From NCBI GenBank assembly GCA_026418295.1, contig JAOABP010000001.1:96094-160093 (forward strand): a stretch of 64,000 nt of DNA. The letters are read 5' to 3'. Positions 29,541 to 41,037 of this stretch are shown one piece after another. Positions within the stretch are counted from its first letter, which is position 1. Every line of letters starts with the position of its first letter. A program made the position numbers and the translations under genes. Under the pieces are notes generated by a model. That model was not told where the DNA came from, ran no database searches, and saw only the letters and a program-made list of their open reading frames with translations. Source of the stretch: a candidate division WOR-3 bacterium. GTDB lineage: Bacteria > Hydrothermota > Tepidihabitantia > Tepidihabitantales > Tepidihabitantaceae.

Positions 29541-32495
29541 TCACCGGTAAGGGGTTCTGGAATTAACGCAAATCACCCGGCGGACCGCGGTGCCGGTATC
29601 GGTGGCAAGCAGCAGGAAGTAGGTGCCGGAGGGCAGGGGTCGGCCGGAGTCGGCGGTCAGGTTCCACAAAAGCCGGTGATTGCCGGCGGGCTGAAGCTGG
29701 TTGACCAGGGTCCTGACCTTCTGTCCGGCAGGGTTGTAAACCGCAAGCCGGACTTGAGCGGTCCGGGGCAGAACATAGGAGATTGCGGTCTGAAGGCGGG
29801 GATGGGAAGGTTGAACTGAGAGCCGGGGTGCGGCAGGAATTGACGGATGAGCCGGGCTGGTGACACCAGTCATTAGCCGGTAGCTGACAGTCTGATAATT
29901 GAGCTGAGCCTGATTTGTCCGGGTCCGGGTGCGGAGCTGAAGCCAGCTGTATTCGTTCGGGGTCGGGATTTCAGTGCCGGGCATAAAATCCTGCCAGGGG
30001 GTCCAGCTGATTACGCCGGCATCGTCAAACCGGGCAATTCCGGTGCCGGAGTCCGGACCGGCGCTGGTGAGCCAGAGGTCAAGGAAGCCGGTATTTGTCA
30101 GGGGTGCAATTGAGCCCGATTCAAACCGCCAGTCAAATGTGCCCCAAAGCGGGGTGACAAGACTGCAGACCTGAACCGGTATCCCGCCGGTCCGGCTGGG
30201 GTAGAGGTTGAGCCGGATGTTTGCCGGACCGGCATTTTCACCTCTGACCCAGGAGTAAACTGTCAGGTCACCGGAGTCGGCGGGCAGGGGATAACGCTCC
30301 TCAATGCTGGTGATGATGGTGCCGGTGCCGGCGGGCCGGCGCTGGGCAAGGGAGCGCTGGCCGCGGCGGGCAAGCGGGTCATAGAACTCATCCGGCTGAT
30401 TGAGCAGCCACATCGTTGCCCCTTCATCTTCCATATTGCCGAACCAGATCAGGTCTCTGCCGAGCCGGAACTGCCAGTCTGCTGCCGGGCTGATGCTTGT
30501 GAGCCGGCTGATATCGGCATTTGCGTCCAGGCGCAGGGGTGGGGAGACAAACCAGCCGGAATCGGGCAGAACCGGGGTGGAAGTTGTGAGTTCTGAGGTG
30601 TAGCGGTTGAGGTTGCCGGTATCCAGGATTACGGTGGCAAGCACCGATTCCCGGTTGACAATCACATAAGTGCCGAGTTCCCTTGACAGCCGCGCAAGGT
30701 GACGCAGGATCGCAATTCCCAGTTCACCGGTTGCGGGCGTGGGCAGATAGTCATCAATAAAGACCGGGATGAGGAGAAAGTGCCGGAACCCCTGTTCATC
30801 GAGCCGGGTATGGAGAATCACGGTGGGGTAGGTCTCCGGATACTCCTGGTCAAAGGCGAAGTTGCCGAGCGAATGGGCGATTACCTTTCCCTGATAAACC
30901 TCAATCCCCTGCAGGATGTGGGGATGGTGGCAGACAATCAGGTCGGCACCGTTGTCAATGATGCGGTGACGCAGGGTACGGGCGTTGTCCTGTGGTCTTT
31001 CTGCCCGGGGCGAGAACCATTCATCATCTGCTCCGAAACCGGGTGTCTCCTGATACTCCTCACCCGCATGGAGCTGGACGATGACGAAGTCGGCAACCTG
31101 ACGGGTGCGGGCGATTGTGTGAAAAATCCGCCAGCTGTCCTGCTCGGCAAAACCGGGCTTGTTGTAGCCGGCGTTGAGAAAGGGCTGGTAGTTGTCATAC
31201 TGCCCGGTCCGGTCGCTGAAGGCAAGAAATCCCAGATTAACCCCGGATTTGACGATGAAGGCGGGCTGGAACGCCTGGTAGATGTCCTCACCGGCACCGC
31301 AGCTGATTATCCCGGAGGAGTCCAGAACCTGACGGGTCTGAAGCAGACCCTCCAGACCGTAGTCCAGAATGTGGTTGTTTGCCAGTGAGACGAGGTCAAT
31401 CCCGGCATAACTGAGACCTCGGACATTGGATGGCCTACCGCGGAAAATAATCGGCTTGGTCGGATGCGGGGTGCCGCGGTCAGTCAGCGGGCATTCCAGA
31501 TTGGCAACGGTGAGGTCGGCGCTGTCTGCGAGCAGGTGCCGGATCCGGGCAAAGACACCCTCAGGTCCGAGTGTATCAATGATACCGCCGGGCTGTTCGT
31601 ATCTGCGGGCAAGCATGATGTCACCCGCAAAGTTCAGTTTCAGGGGCAGGCGGGACGGTCCGGGTTCAATCCGGACCCGGGTTGTGTCCCGTGCCCATCT
31701 GCCGGTGGAGTCGCTGACCTGACAGAGCACGGTGAACAGGTGGTCGTCGCGGATGATGTAGGTGTGCAGCGGGCAGGAGTCCTGACTGGTGGAGTCGTCG
31801 CCAAAGGACCAGAAGAAGCGATGGTATCGTGAGTCCGGGTCAGTGACCCGCGAATAAAACTGAACCGTGACACTCCAGGTGCCATCGCCATTTTTTGTTC
31901 CGGACCGGAGTTCGTGCCAGATTTCCAGCTCCGGTGCTGCCGGCAGGTCCGGAGTGATGTTGAGGATGTCGTCAAAGAGCACACTGCCGGTCCGGCTGCT
32001 GTCGTGGTCATTGACAAATACCAGACCGCTGATGGTGGCAAGCCGGCCGAACCGGGCAAGCCAGTCTTCCCCCACGGGCAGAAGATACCGATTCCAGGTG
32101 CGGACCGGGAAGGCACCCTGATAAACGGTGCTCCAGCGGGCGGGGTCAACCTTTTCCCGGCCGGCAAGGGCGTAAACCAGGGTTTCGCCCTCACCGATCA
32201 GGCCGAAGCCCTGAATTTCGCCGACCGCTTCAATGCAGGCGGCAACCGCAAGCACCGTGCCGGTGTCAAGGGTAAAGGGGGAAACCGGTTCAATCTTCCA
32301 GGTGTTGCCGATCAGCTTCAGGCTGAAGTGTGAACCCTGATGGGTATTAGAGGAATCCAGGAGCCAGAGGTCGGGGTCCTGGTCCTCGCCCGGAAAGGAG
32401 TAAAGTTCAACTGCACCTGATTCAAAGTTTTCAACCGTATCGGCACAGGCGGGCGGGCTGACAGTTACCAGCAGAAAAAGGAGCAGTCCGTTCAT
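29541..32495 (-). CDS. Secreted CapA/PGA_cap metallophosphatase with PKD domain and FlgD-Ig/T9SS-like CTD
   Basis: AGDIML, ANLECPL, LANNHILDYG, HAGEEY, HHPHILQ, SLGNFAF; CTD VYNPAGQKVRTL...SGTYF. Confidence 0.85.
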   Translation of the reverse strand: MNGLLLFLLVTVSPPACADTVENFESGAVELYSFPGEDQDPDLWLLDSSNTHQGSHFSLKLIGNTWKIEPVSPFTLDTGTVLAVAACIEAVGEIQGFGLIGEGETLVYALAGREKVDPARWSTVYQGAFPVRTWNRYLLPVGEDWLARFGRLATISGLVFVNDHDSSRTGSVLFDDILNITPDLPAAPELEIWHELRSGTKNGDGTWSVTVQFYSRVTDPDSRYHRFFWSFGDDSTSQDSCPLHTYIIRDDHLFTVLCQVSDSTGRWARDTTRVRIEPGPSRLPLKLNFAGDIMLARRYEQPGGIIDTLGPEGVFARIRHLLADSADLTVANLECPLTDRGTPHPTKPIIFRGRPSNVRGLSYAGIDLVSLANNHILDYGLEGLLQTRQVLDSSGIISCGAGEDIYQAFQPAFIVKSGVNLGFLAFSDRTGQYDNYQPFLNAGYNKPGFAEQDSWRIFHTIARTRQVADFVIVQLHAGEEYQETPGFGADDEWFSPRAERPQDNARTLRHRIIDNGADLIVCHHPHILQGIEVYQGKVIAHSLGNFAFDQEYPETYPTVILHTRLDEQGFRHFLLIPVFIDDYLPTPATGELGIAILRHLARLSRELGTYVIVNRESVLATVILDTGNLNRYTSELTTSTPVLPDSGWFVSPPLRLDANADISRLTSISPAADWQFRLGRDLIWFGNMEDEGATMWLLNQPDEFYDPLARRGQRSLAQRRPAGTGTIITSIEERYPLPADSGDLTVYSWVRGENAGPANIRLNLYPSRTGGIPVQVCSLVTPLWGTFDWRFESGSIAPLTNTGFLDLWLTSAGPDSGTGIARFDDAGVISWTPWQDFMPGTEIPTPNEYSWLQLRTRTRTNQAQLNYQTVSYRLMTGVTSPAHPSIPAAPRLSVQPSHPRLQTAISYVLPRTAQVRLAVYNPAGQKVRTLVNQLQPAGNHRLLWNLTADSGRPLPSGTYFLLLATDTGTAVRRVICVNSRTPYR

Positions 32496-32630
32496 GATGG
32501 GTCCGCAGGATTAATTCTATCCGGACGGGGGTGCGGGTCAAACTTCAGTCGCGGTCCAGCCCGATTTGACAGTTTGAGTCTGCCGGCTATGATTGAAGAA
32601 AACCATTTTCAGCTTTAAAGGAGCAGAGAA

Positions 32631-34145
32631 ATGAGAAGAATCATTGAATGCGTTCCCAATTTCAGTGAGGGCCGGCGGCCTGAGGTTATTGAACAGATTG
32701 TCAGCAGTATCAGGTCTGTGACCGGCGTGACGCTGCTGGATCAGGAGATGAATGCGGACCACAACCGGGCGGTGATCAGCTTTGTCGGCGAGCCCGAGGC
32801 GGTGCTGGAGGCGGCGTTCCGGGCAACCAAGACCGCATCGGAACTGATTGATCTGACCAAACACCAGGGTGAGCATCCGCGGATCGGTGCCACTGATGTT
32901 ATTCCATTTGTACCGATTTCCGGTGTGACCCAGGCGGAGTGCATTGAGCTGGCAAAGCGGCTGGGTAAACGGATTGCCGATGAACTGGGGATTCCGGTTT
33001 ACCTCTATGAACTGGCAGCGACCAGGCCGGACCGGCAGGACCTGGCGAACATCCGGCAGGGTGAGTTTGAGGGGTTGCGGGAGGCGATCCGGACCGATCC
33101 GGACCGGGCACCGGACTTCGGCCGGCCCGAGCTGCATCCGACCGCCGGTGCAACCGTGGTCGGGGTACGGGCACCGCTGATTGCCTACAATATCAACCTT
33201 TCCACTCCGGATGTGAAGATTGCCGAGAAGATCGCCAAGGCGATCCGGTTCCGCTCCGGCGGGTTCCGCTATGTCAAGGCGCTGGGTTTTGAGCTCAAGG
33301 AGAAGAACTGTGCCCAGGTGTCGATCAATATGACCGACTATACCAAGACTCCGCTTTACCGGGTGTTCGAGACGGTGAAGCGGGAGGCGCAGCGCTACGG
33401 GGTAAATGTGGTGGAGTCGGAGATTGTCGGGCTGGTCCCGCAGGCGGCGCTCGTGGACTGCGCCAGGTTCTATCTCCAGCTGAATGAGTTCAAGAAGGAG
33501 CAGATTCTGGAGAACCGGCTGGTGCCGGCTCAGGGTCTGCCTGACTTTCTGAGTGAACTGGCATCTTCCGCACCGGTGCCGGGTGGCGGAACCGCAGCCG
33601 CGCTTAATGGTGCGATCGGAACTGCGCTGTTCACGATGGTGGCGAGCCTGACGATCGGCAAGAAGGGTTACGAGGAGTTTGAGGAGGAGCTGAAGGTGGT
33701 GAAAGACCGGCTGATTCCCCTGCGCGAGCGGTTTATCAGTCTGATGGATGAGGATGCGGAGTCGTTCAAGGCGGTAATGCAGGCATACAAGCTGCCGAAG
33801 ATGACCGAGGCTGAACGCCAGGAGCGGGAGCAGGCGGTGAGTGAGGCGCTGAAAAAGGCGGCCGAAGTGCCGCTCCGGACGATGAGGCTGGCGCTGGATG
33901 TGCTGAAACTGGCAAAACCGGTCGTAGAATACGGCAATAAGAATTCAATCAGTGATGCCGGGGTGGCAACGCTTAATCTTGATGCTGCTTTCCGGGGTGC
34001 CCGGCTCAATGTGCTGATCAACCTCGGAGGGATCAAGGACCGGGATTTTGTTGCCGGCATGCAGGAGACGCTGGATGAACTGACCTCAGAGCTGGAAGGG
34101 CTGGTTAAAAGTTATCTGGATACGGTTGCCAGAAGGATGAGTTAA
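32631..34145 (+). CDS. ftcD: Glutamate formimidoyltransferase / formiminotetrahydrofolate cyclodeaminase fusion
   Basis: IECVPNFSEGR, DHNRAV, HPRIGATDVIPF; C-terminal LASSAPVPGGG, GNKNSISDA. Confidence 0.93.
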   Translation: MRRIIECVPNFSEGRRPEVIEQIVSSIRSVTGVTLLDQEMNADHNRAVISFVGEPEAVLEAAFRATKTASELIDLTKHQGEHPRIGATDVIPFVPISGVTQAECIELAKRLGKRIADELGIPVYLYELAATRPDRQDLANIRQGEFEGLREAIRTDPDRAPDFGRPELHPTAGATVVGVRAPLIAYNINLSTPDVKIAEKIAKAIRFRSGGFRYVKALGFELKEKNCAQVSINMTDYTKTPLYRVFETVKREAQRYGVNVVESEIVGLVPQAALVDCARFYLQLNEFKKEQILENRLVPAQGLPDFLSELASSAPVPGGGTAAALNGAIGTALFTMVASLTIGKKGYEEFEEELKVVKDRLIPLRERFISLMDEDAESFKAVMQAYKLPKMTEAERQEREQAVSEALKKAAEVPLRTMRLALDVLKLAKPVVEYGNKNSISDAGVATLNLDAAFRGARLNVLINLGGIKDRDFVAGMQETLDELTSELEGLVKSYLDTVARRMS

Positions 34146-34174
34146 CCGGTTATCCGGCGAAAGGCGGTCGGTCA

Positions 34175-35023
34175 TTGAGGGGCAGTCAGCCGGCGGTAGT
34201 TGACCTGCATCTGCATACCATTTTTTCCGATGGCCTGTTTACACCTGAAGAGCTGGTCATCCGGGCAGAGCAGACGGGTTTTACCGCGATTGCGATCACC
34301 GATCACGATTCGGTTGAGGGGATTGAGCGGGCAAGGGTGCAGGGGAAACGGCTGGGGGTGGAGGTTGTCCCTGGTGTAGAACTCAGCAGTAATGTCAACG
34401 GCACTGATGTCCATATCCTCGGTTACTATATCGATTACCGGAGTCCTGCGGTGCAGGAGTTCTTTACCCGGGTGCGGGAGTTCCGGCTCCAGCGGGCAGA
34501 GCGGATGGTAAATAAGCTGAATGAACTGGCAGGTGGGCGATGGCGGGTGAGTTTTGAGCGGGTCAAGGAGATTGCCGGTGCGGGTGCGGTCGGCAGACCG
34601 CATGTGGCGCAGGCGCTGGTGGAGGCGGGCGGGGTGGCAAGCATGAGTGAGGCGTTTGAAAAGTATATCGGCTATGACGGTCCGGCATACTTTCCCAAGC
34701 TGCGACTGACCCCAGCAGAGGTGATTGAGCGGATACACCAGGCGGGCGGGCTGGCGGTGATCGCCCATCCGGCAACCTATGGTAATGACGGGCTGGTGTA
34801 TCTGGTGATCGCTGCGGGCGTGGACGGAATCGAGGTCTGGCATCCGGAGCATAATCAACGGGCAGTGGATCATTATCTGGAGCTCGCCCAGAAGAACAGA
34901 CTGCTGGTCACGGGCGGTTCCGACTGTCATGGTGGACGCAAGTTTGGACGGGTTTACTTAGGCGACATCCGGCTGCCCTATCAGTATCTGATGGCGCTCA
35001 AGCGCCGGGCGAAGAAATGCTGA
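34175..35023 (+). CDS. PHP-domain phosphoesterase
   Basis: DLHLHTIFSDG, AITDHD, HILGY, GRPHVA, AHP, TGGSDCHG. Confidence 0.9.
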   Translation: MRGSQPAVVDLHLHTIFSDGLFTPEELVIRAEQTGFTAIAITDHDSVEGIERARVQGKRLGVEVVPGVELSSNVNGTDVHILGYYIDYRSPAVQEFFTRVREFRLQRAERMVNKLNELAGGRWRVSFERVKEIAGAGAVGRPHVAQALVEAGGVASMSEAFEKYIGYDGPAYFPKLRLTPAEVIERIHQAGGLAVIAHPATYGNDGLVYLVIAAGVDGIEVWHPEHNQRAVDHYLELAQKNRLLVTGGSDCHGGRKFGRVYLGDIRLPYQYLMALKRRAKKC

Positions 35024-35637
35024 ATCTGCTGCTGGTGCCGTTGCTTCTGGGCCAGCTTCAGCTTGCCCGGCTGAAATACGGCGGTGGTGGTGACTGGTAT
35101 AATGATCCGGAGATCATTCCCAATCTGTGCCGGGAGCTTAACCGGCGCACGACGATCCGCTGTCTCACCGATGAGGCGCAGGTGTCACTGCTGGATGAGC
35201 GACTTTACCAGTATCCGTTTCTCTTTATGACCGGTCATGGCAATATCAGTTTCTCCGAGGAGGAGGTGGCAAGGCTCCGGCGTTATCTGGAGGCGGGCGG
35301 ATTTCTCTACGCGGATGATGACTACGGGATGGATGAGTCCTTCCGCCGGGAGCTGAAGAAGGTTTTCCCCAATTCGGAGCTGGTGGAACTGCCGTTTGAT
35401 CATCCGATTTACCACTGCTTTTATGACTTTCCCAGCGGTCTGCCGAAAATCCATGAGCATTATGATGGTCCGCCGAAGGGTTACGGGCTTTACCTCGGCG
35501 GCAGGATGGTGGTTTTTTATACCTATAACTCCAATATTTCCGATGGCTGGACCGACCGGTATAACGACCCGCTAGAGGTCCGGGAGCAGGCGCTGCGGAT
35601 GGGGGTCAACATCATCTGCTATTTCCTGACCCACTGA
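35017..35637 (+). CDS. DUF4159 domain protein
   Basis: LARLKYGGGGDWYND, YPFLFMTGHG, GGFLYADD, LPKIHEH. Confidence 0.85.
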   Translation: MLNLLLVPLLLGQLQLARLKYGGGGDWYNDPEIIPNLCRELNRRTTIRCLTDEAQVSLLDERLYQYPFLFMTGHGNISFSEEEVARLRRYLEAGGFLYADDDYGMDESFRRELKKVFPNSELVELPFDHPIYHCFYDFPSGLPKIHEHYDGPPKGYGLYLGGRMVVFYTYNSNISDGWTDRYNDPLEVREQALRMGVNIICYFLTH

Positions 35638-35814
35638 GGGCAGAGGGTTAAGTATTATTTTTTCAAACTTGTTATAATACCGCTGCCGGATTTTCCCGAT
35701 CAGTGCTGGTGCGTAAAGCGGTCCGGTTGATCCGAATTGGAGGATTTGTCGAGCCGGAGGGTTCGGCTAAGCGGGCTTGATTTGGATTGTGGCCGGTTTA
35801 TACTTTCAATTCCG

Positions 35815-38652
35815 ATGCAGGATGTGATTTCAATCCGCGGGGCGAGAGAGCACAATCTGAAAAATATCAGCGTGGACATTCCGCGAAACAAACTGGTGGT
35901 GATCACCGGGATTTCCGGTTCGGGTAAATCTTCCCTGGCATTTGATACCATTTATGCTGAAGGGCAGCGCCGGTATATTGAGTCACTTTCCGCCTATGCG
36001 AGACAGTTTCTCGGGATGCTGGAAAAGCCGGACTGTGACCAGATTACCGGGCTGTCTCCGGCAATCGCAATTGAACAGCGGACGGGTGCCCGCAATCCCC
36101 GGTCAACCGTGGGCACCACAACCGAGATTTATGACTATCTGCGTCTGCTTTTTGCCCGGGTGGGCAGGCCCTTCTGTCCGAAATGTGATCGGCCTATCAG
36201 TTCCCAGACCAGTGATCAGATTGTTGACAGTCTGCTCAGTCTGCCGCCCGGCACCGGTATTGTGATTCTGGCGCCACTGGTGCGGGGCAGAAAGGGGGAG
36301 TACCGCGACCAGCTCCAGCAGGCTAAACGGCGGGGTTACATCCGGGTGCGGGTGGACGGGCAAATTTATGAGCTTGAGGAGGTGCCGCCGCTGGAGAAAT
36401 ACAAGAAGCACAATATTGAGCTGGTGATCGACCGGCTGGCGGTCCGGTCTGAGGTGCGCAAGCGGCTTGCCGATTCAGTGGAGCTGGCGCTGAACGAGGG
36501 GCAGGGCAGATGTATTGTGCTGGTTGGTACGGGTAACGGGAAAGGGAAGGTCGAGGAGCGGATATTCTCCTCTGCGTTTGCCTGTCCGGATTGCGGTTTT
36601 TCGTTTGAGGAGATTACACCCAGGCTGTTTTCTTTTAATTCGCCCTATGGTGCCTGTCCCAAATGTCACGGTCTGGGGACAAAGATGGAGATTGACCCTG
36701 AGCGGTTGATCGCCGACCCGGAACTTTCAATTCTTGATGGCGCGATCGAACCCTGGGGAGAGGCGCGGGAGAAGAGTGGCTGGCTTTTAGGCAAACTGGA
36801 AGCACTCGCAAAAAGATTTAAATTCAGCCTGGAGACGCCGTGGAAGGATCTGCCTCCGAGTGCACGGCAGGCAATTCTCTACGGGACCGAAGAGGAGTTG
36901 AGATTCAAGTACGAGAGTGACGAATGGGAGTATACCTGGCAGGACCGTTATGAGGGACTGGTGCCGTATCTGGAGCGAATTTACCGGGAGACCGAGTCCG
37001 AGGCGCGACGGGAATGGGTAGAGCAGTTTATGTCGGTTCTGCCCTGTCCGGAGTGCCGCGGCACAAGATTGAAGCCTGAGGCGCTGGCGGTGAAGATTGC
37101 CGGGCGGAACATTGCTGAGTTAACCAGTATGTCGGTGAAGGAGGCGCTGCGGTTCTTTGACGAGTTGAGGCTGAGTCCGAAGGAACAGGCGGTGGCGCGG
37201 GAGGTGATTAAAGAAATCAGGCGGCGGCTGGGGTTCATGCAGCAGGTTGGGTTGGATTATCTGACTCTGGACCGGACAACCGAAAGCCTTGGAGGGGGCG
37301 AGGCGCAGCGGGTTCGGCTGGCGACCCAGATCGGTTCCGGGCTGACGGGGGTGGTTTATATTTTGGATGAGCCGTCAATCGGTCTACACCAGCGGGATAA
37401 CCGGAAACTGCTTTCCACACTCAAGGGTTTGCGGGATCTGGGTAATACGGTAATTGTGGTTGAACACGACGAGGAGACTATTCGCGAAGCGGACTGGGTG
37501 ATTGATCTCGGCCCGGGTGCCGGTGCGCAGGGTGGAAGAGTAGTGGTGCAGGGCAGACCGGAAGATCTCATGGCCTGCCCGGAGTCGCTCACCGGTGCCT
37601 ACCTGGCCGGTAGGCGCCGGATTGAGGTGCCGAAGGAACGGCGTCAACCGCAGCGCGGTTTCCTCCGGATTGAGGGGTGCCGGGAGAACAATCTGAAAAA
37701 TATCGATGTTGAGATTCCGCTCGGGTTGCTGGTATGTGTGACTGGAGTTTCGGGTTCGGGTAAGTCCACGCTGGTCAATGATATTCTTTACCGGGCGCTG
37801 GCACGTCACTTTTACAATTCACTGGAAAAACCGGGTGCGCACAAGCGGATTGTCGGATTGGAGAAGATTGACAAGGTGATCAATATTGATCAGTCGCCGA
37901 TCGGCCGGACACCCCGCTCCAATCCTGCAACCTACACCGGTGCCTTCGGTCCGATCCGGGAGCTTTTTGCCCGGACAAAGGAGGCGCGCCGGCGCGGGTA
38001 CAAACCGGGGAGGTTTTCATTTAATGTCCGCGGGGGGAGATGTGAGGCATGTGCCGGTGACGGTATTATCCGGGTCGAGATGCATTTTCTGCCCGATGTT
38101 TATGTTACCTGCGATGTCTGCAAGGGTCGGCGTTACAACCGCGAGACACTGGAGGTGAAGTACAGGGGCAGAAATATCAGCGAGGTTCTGGCAATGAGTA
38201 TTGATGAGGCATATGATTTCTTTCTGAATATTCCTGCGGTGGAACGGAAGCTGAAGCTCCTGAAGGATGTCGGGCTGGGATATGTTCAGCTCGGTCAGCC
38301 GGCACCAACCCTGTCAGGCGGTGAGGCCCAGCGGATCAAGCTTGCCCGGGAACTGTCGAAAATCGGGACTGGCAGGACACTTTATCTTCTGGATGAGCCG
38401 ACAACCGGTCTGCATTTTGAAGATGTCCGGCTCCTGCTCGGCGTATTGAACCGGCTCGTAGAACGGGGGAATACGGTGGTGGTAATTGAGCACAATCTCG
38501 AGGTGATCAAGTGCGCCGACTGGCTGATTGATCTGGGACCGGAAGGAGGGGATGAAGGAGGACAGATCGTCTGCACCGGTCCGCCCGAACAGGTTGCCGT
38601 CTGTCCGGAATCGTGGACCGGCAGGTTTCTCAAGCCGATTCTGCAGGTTTAA
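35815..38652 (+). CDS. uvrA: Excinuclease ABC subunit A
   Basis: GAREHNLKN, two ABC ATPase modules ([16 protein letters not shown]), zinc fingers; ATG 35815. Confidence 0.98.
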   Translation: MQDVISIRGAREHNLKNISVDIPRNKLVVITGISGSGKSSLAFDTIYAEGQRRYIESLSAYARQFLGMLEKPDCDQITGLSPAIAIEQRTGARNPRSTVGTTTEIYDYLRLLFARVGRPFCPKCDRPISSQTSDQIVDSLLSLPPGTGIVILAPLVRGRKGEYRDQLQQAKRRGYIRVRVDGQIYELEEVPPLEKYKKHNIELVIDRLAVRSEVRKRLADSVELALNEGQGRCIVLVGTGNGKGKVEERIFSSAFACPDCGFSFEEITPRLFSFNSPYGACPKCHGLGTKMEIDPERLIADPELSILDGAIEPWGEAREKSGWLLGKLEALAKRFKFSLETPWKDLPPSARQAILYGTEEELRFKYESDEWEYTWQDRYEGLVPYLERIYRETESEARREWVEQFMSVLPCPECRGTRLKPEALAVKIAGRNIAELTSMSVKEALRFFDELRLSPKEQAVAREVIKEIRRRLGFMQQVGLDYLTLDRTTESLGGGEAQRVRLATQIGSGLTGVVYILDEPSIGLHQRDNRKLLSTLKGLRDLGNTVIVVEHDEETIREADWVIDLGPGAGAQGGRVVVQGRPEDLMACPESLTGAYLAGRRRIEVPKERRQPQRGFLRIEGCRENNLKNIDVEIPLGLLVCVTGVSGSGKSTLVNDILYRALARHFYNSLEKPGAHKRIVGLEKIDKVINIDQSPIGRTPRSNPATYTGAFGPIRELFARTKEARRRGYKPGRFSFNVRGGRCEACAGDGIIRVEMHFLPDVYVTCDVCKGRRYNRETLEVKYRGRNISEVLAMSIDEAYDFFLNIPAVERKLKLLKDVGLGYVQLGQPAPTLSGGEAQRIKLARELSKIGTGRTLYLLDEPTTGLHFEDVRLLLGVLNRLVERGNTVVVIEHNLEVIKCADWLIDLGPEGGDEGGQIVCTGPPEQVAVCPESWTGRFLKPILQV

Positions 38653-38653
38653 C

Positions 38654-39460
38654 TCAGGGCGCGTTTCCCGGTTCTTTGATTGCCAGCCGTTCGATTTTAA
38701 CCGTCTGTCCAGTTATAGTATCAATATCAATGAGTACACCATTGAGCCGGATGTCGGTATCTGCGGGCTGGAGCCGGATTGGGACCTGTTCAATGAGCCG
38801 GCGCAGGGACAGGTCTTTCTTCATACCCAGCACCGAATCAAATGCACCGCACATCCCGACGTCGGTGATGTAGGCGGTGCCTCCAGGCAGAATTTCCTCG
38901 TCCGCGGTCTGAATATGGGTGTGGGTGCCGAGCACGGCGGAAACCTGACCAGCAAGGAACCAGCCCATTGCCCGTTTTTCCGCGGTGGCTTCGGCGTGGA
39001 AGTCAACGATGATAATCGAGGTCTGATTACGGATTGACGGAAGCAGAGCCCGGATGCGCTGGAACGGGCAGTCAATCGGCTTCATGAAGACTCTGCCCGC
39101 TAGGTTGATGACCGCAATTCTGCTTCCGCCTGATTTTAGCTCATAGATCCCGAAGCCCCGGCCGGGTGCTTCAGGTGGAAAATTGAGTGGGCGGAGGATT
39201 CTTTCTTCGGTGTTCAGAAACTCCCAGAGCTCGTGGCGGTCAAAGCAGTGGTCACCAGTGGTGATGCAATCGGCGCCGGCGCGCAAAAGTTCCTCAGCCA
39301 GTTTCGGGGTAATGCCGTAGCCCCCGGCAGCATTTTCACCATTGACAATGCAGAAGGTGGTGTGGAGTTCTGTCTTCAATCCGGGCAGCAGGTGTCTAAC
39401 CGCCTCCCGGCCCGGCTCGGCACAGACATCACCCAGAAACAGAATCCGTTCAGTGGGCAT
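38654..39460 (-). CDS. ymdB: YmdB-family metallophosphoesterase
   Basis: LFLGDV, NGENAAGG, DFHAEATAEK, GTHTHIQTAD; follows rny. Confidence 0.9.
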   Translation of the reverse strand: MPTERILFLGDVCAEPGREAVRHLLPGLKTELHTTFCIVNGENAAGGYGITPKLAEELLRAGADCITTGDHCFDRHELWEFLNTEERILRPLNFPPEAPGRGFGIYELKSGGSRIAVINLAGRVFMKPIDCPFQRIRALLPSIRNQTSIIIVDFHAEATAEKRAMGWFLAGQVSAVLGTHTHIQTADEEILPGGTAYITDVGMCGAFDSVLGMKKDLSLRRLIEQVPIRLQPADTDIRLNGVLIDIDTITGQTVKIERLAIKEPGNAP

Positions 39461-41018
39461 AATTGACCGCCCGGGTCTCACGGATTACCGTGACTTTGAT
39501 TTGCCCCGGGTATTTTAATTCCGACTCAATCTGACTCGCAATGCGGGCAGCAAGTTCACTGGCATCCTGGTCTGAGACCTTGGATGGTTCCACCAGTACC
39601 CGAATTTCCCGGCCGGCTTGGACTGCGTAAGCACGCTCGACGCCCGGGAATGAGGCAGCGATCGCTTCCAGGTTTTCAATCCGCTTGATATAGGTTTCAA
39701 AACTTTCCCGCCGGGCACCAGGCCGGGAGCCGGATACACCGTCAGCAGCAGCGACGAGGAAGGCATAAGCAGAGTCCATGGTTGTTTCCTCATGGTGGGC
39801 GGCAATCGCATTGACAACCAGCGGTTCTTCTCCATAGCGCCGGGCGAGCTCGGCACCAATCTGCGCATGTGTGCCCTCAATGGTCTGATCTGCCGCCTTG
39901 CCGATGTCGTGGAGCAGACCTGCACGTTTGGCAATCACCGGGTCCAGTTCCAATTCCTGTGCCATAAGTGCTGCAAGGTAAGCGACCTCCCGGCTATGGA
40001 GTAAAACATTCTGACCATAACTGGTGCGGAAGCGCAGTCTTCCCAGAAATTTCACCAGTTCCGGGTGCAGTCCTATGATACCCATCTCGAGCGCTACTTC
40101 TTCCCCGGTGGATTTAATGATTTGATCCATCTCCTGCTGAACCCGGCTGACCACCTCTTCGATTCTGGCCGGATGAATTCTGCCGTCCTGGACCAGCTTT
40201 TCCATCGCCCGACGGGCGATTTCGCGGCGGATCGGGTCGAACCCGGAAATGATGATCGCACCTGGAGTGTCATCAATCATAACTTCCACCCCGGTGATTG
40301 CCTCAAATGTGCGGATGTTTCTGCCTTCCCGGCCGATGATCCGGCCTTTGAGTTCATCAGAAGGCAGGTTGACGACCGAGACAGTGGTTTCTGAAGTATG
40401 AGCGATAGCACAGCGCTGGATGGCAGCGGCAATTACTTCCCGGGCTTCGGCTTCAGCCCGTGCCTTTGCCTCCTCTTTGATTTCCCTGATCAGCCGGGCA
40501 GCTTCAAGCCGGGCTTCGTTTTCGAGGTTGTGAATCAGTTCGCGCTTTGCCTCTTCAGCTGAGAGTCCGGCGATCCGTTCGAGCCGGGCGTTCTCCTGTT
40601 CAATCAGCTGGTCAAGACGCTCCATCTTTGCCCGGGTTAGTTTTTCCCGGGCTGCAAGATCCCGGTCCTTTTTTATAAGATCCGCCTCTTTCTGAGTCAG
40701 TACTGCTTCGCGCCGGGCAAGAAAGGCTTCCCGTTCAGCAAGTTTCTGCTCCAGTCGTTCCAGTTCCCGCCGGGCAGCCGAGGTCTGGGCTTCAAATTTT
40801 ACCCGTTCGCGGTCCCAGTCTTCCTTTGCCCGGATTTCTCCCTGACGCTGAATTTCCTCAGCCCGTTTTTTTGCCTCGGCAATGATGGCTGCACCGTCCG
40901 CCTCCCGGGCGGCAAGAAACTTCCGCGCAGCACGGCGGCTGGCATTGATGCCAACCCAGAATCCGATAATTCCGAAAACCACCGCCGCAGCGATGGGGAT
41001 GATGATGTTCCAGTTCAT
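39450..41018 (-). CDS. rny: Ribonuclease Y
   Basis: N-terminal TM helix, coiled coil, KH (KGRIIGREGRNIR), HD (LLHDIGK). Confidence 0.97.
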   Translation of the reverse strand: MNWNIIIPIAAAVVFGIIGFWVGINASRRAARKFLAAREADGAAIIAEAKKRAEEIQRQGEIRAKEDWDRERVKFEAQTSAARRELERLEQKLAEREAFLARREAVLTQKEADLIKKDRDLAAREKLTRAKMERLDQLIEQENARLERIAGLSAEEAKRELIHNLENEARLEAARLIREIKEEAKARAEAEAREVIAAAIQRCAIAHTSETTVSVVNLPSDELKGRIIGREGRNIRTFEAITGVEVMIDDTPGAIIISGFDPIRREIARRAMEKLVQDGRIHPARIEEVVSRVQQEMDQIIKSTGEEVALEMGIIGLHPELVKFLGRLRFRTSYGQNVLLHSREVAYLAALMAQELELDPVIAKRAGLLHDIGKAADQTIEGTHAQIGAELARRYGEEPLVVNAIAAHHEETTMDSAYAFLVAAADGVSGSRPGARRESFETYIKRIENLEAIAASFPGVERAYAVQAGREIRVLVEPSKVSDQDASELAARIASQIESELKYPGQIKVTVIRETRAVNYAH

Positions 41019-41037
41019 AATGCCTCCCATAAAAATA

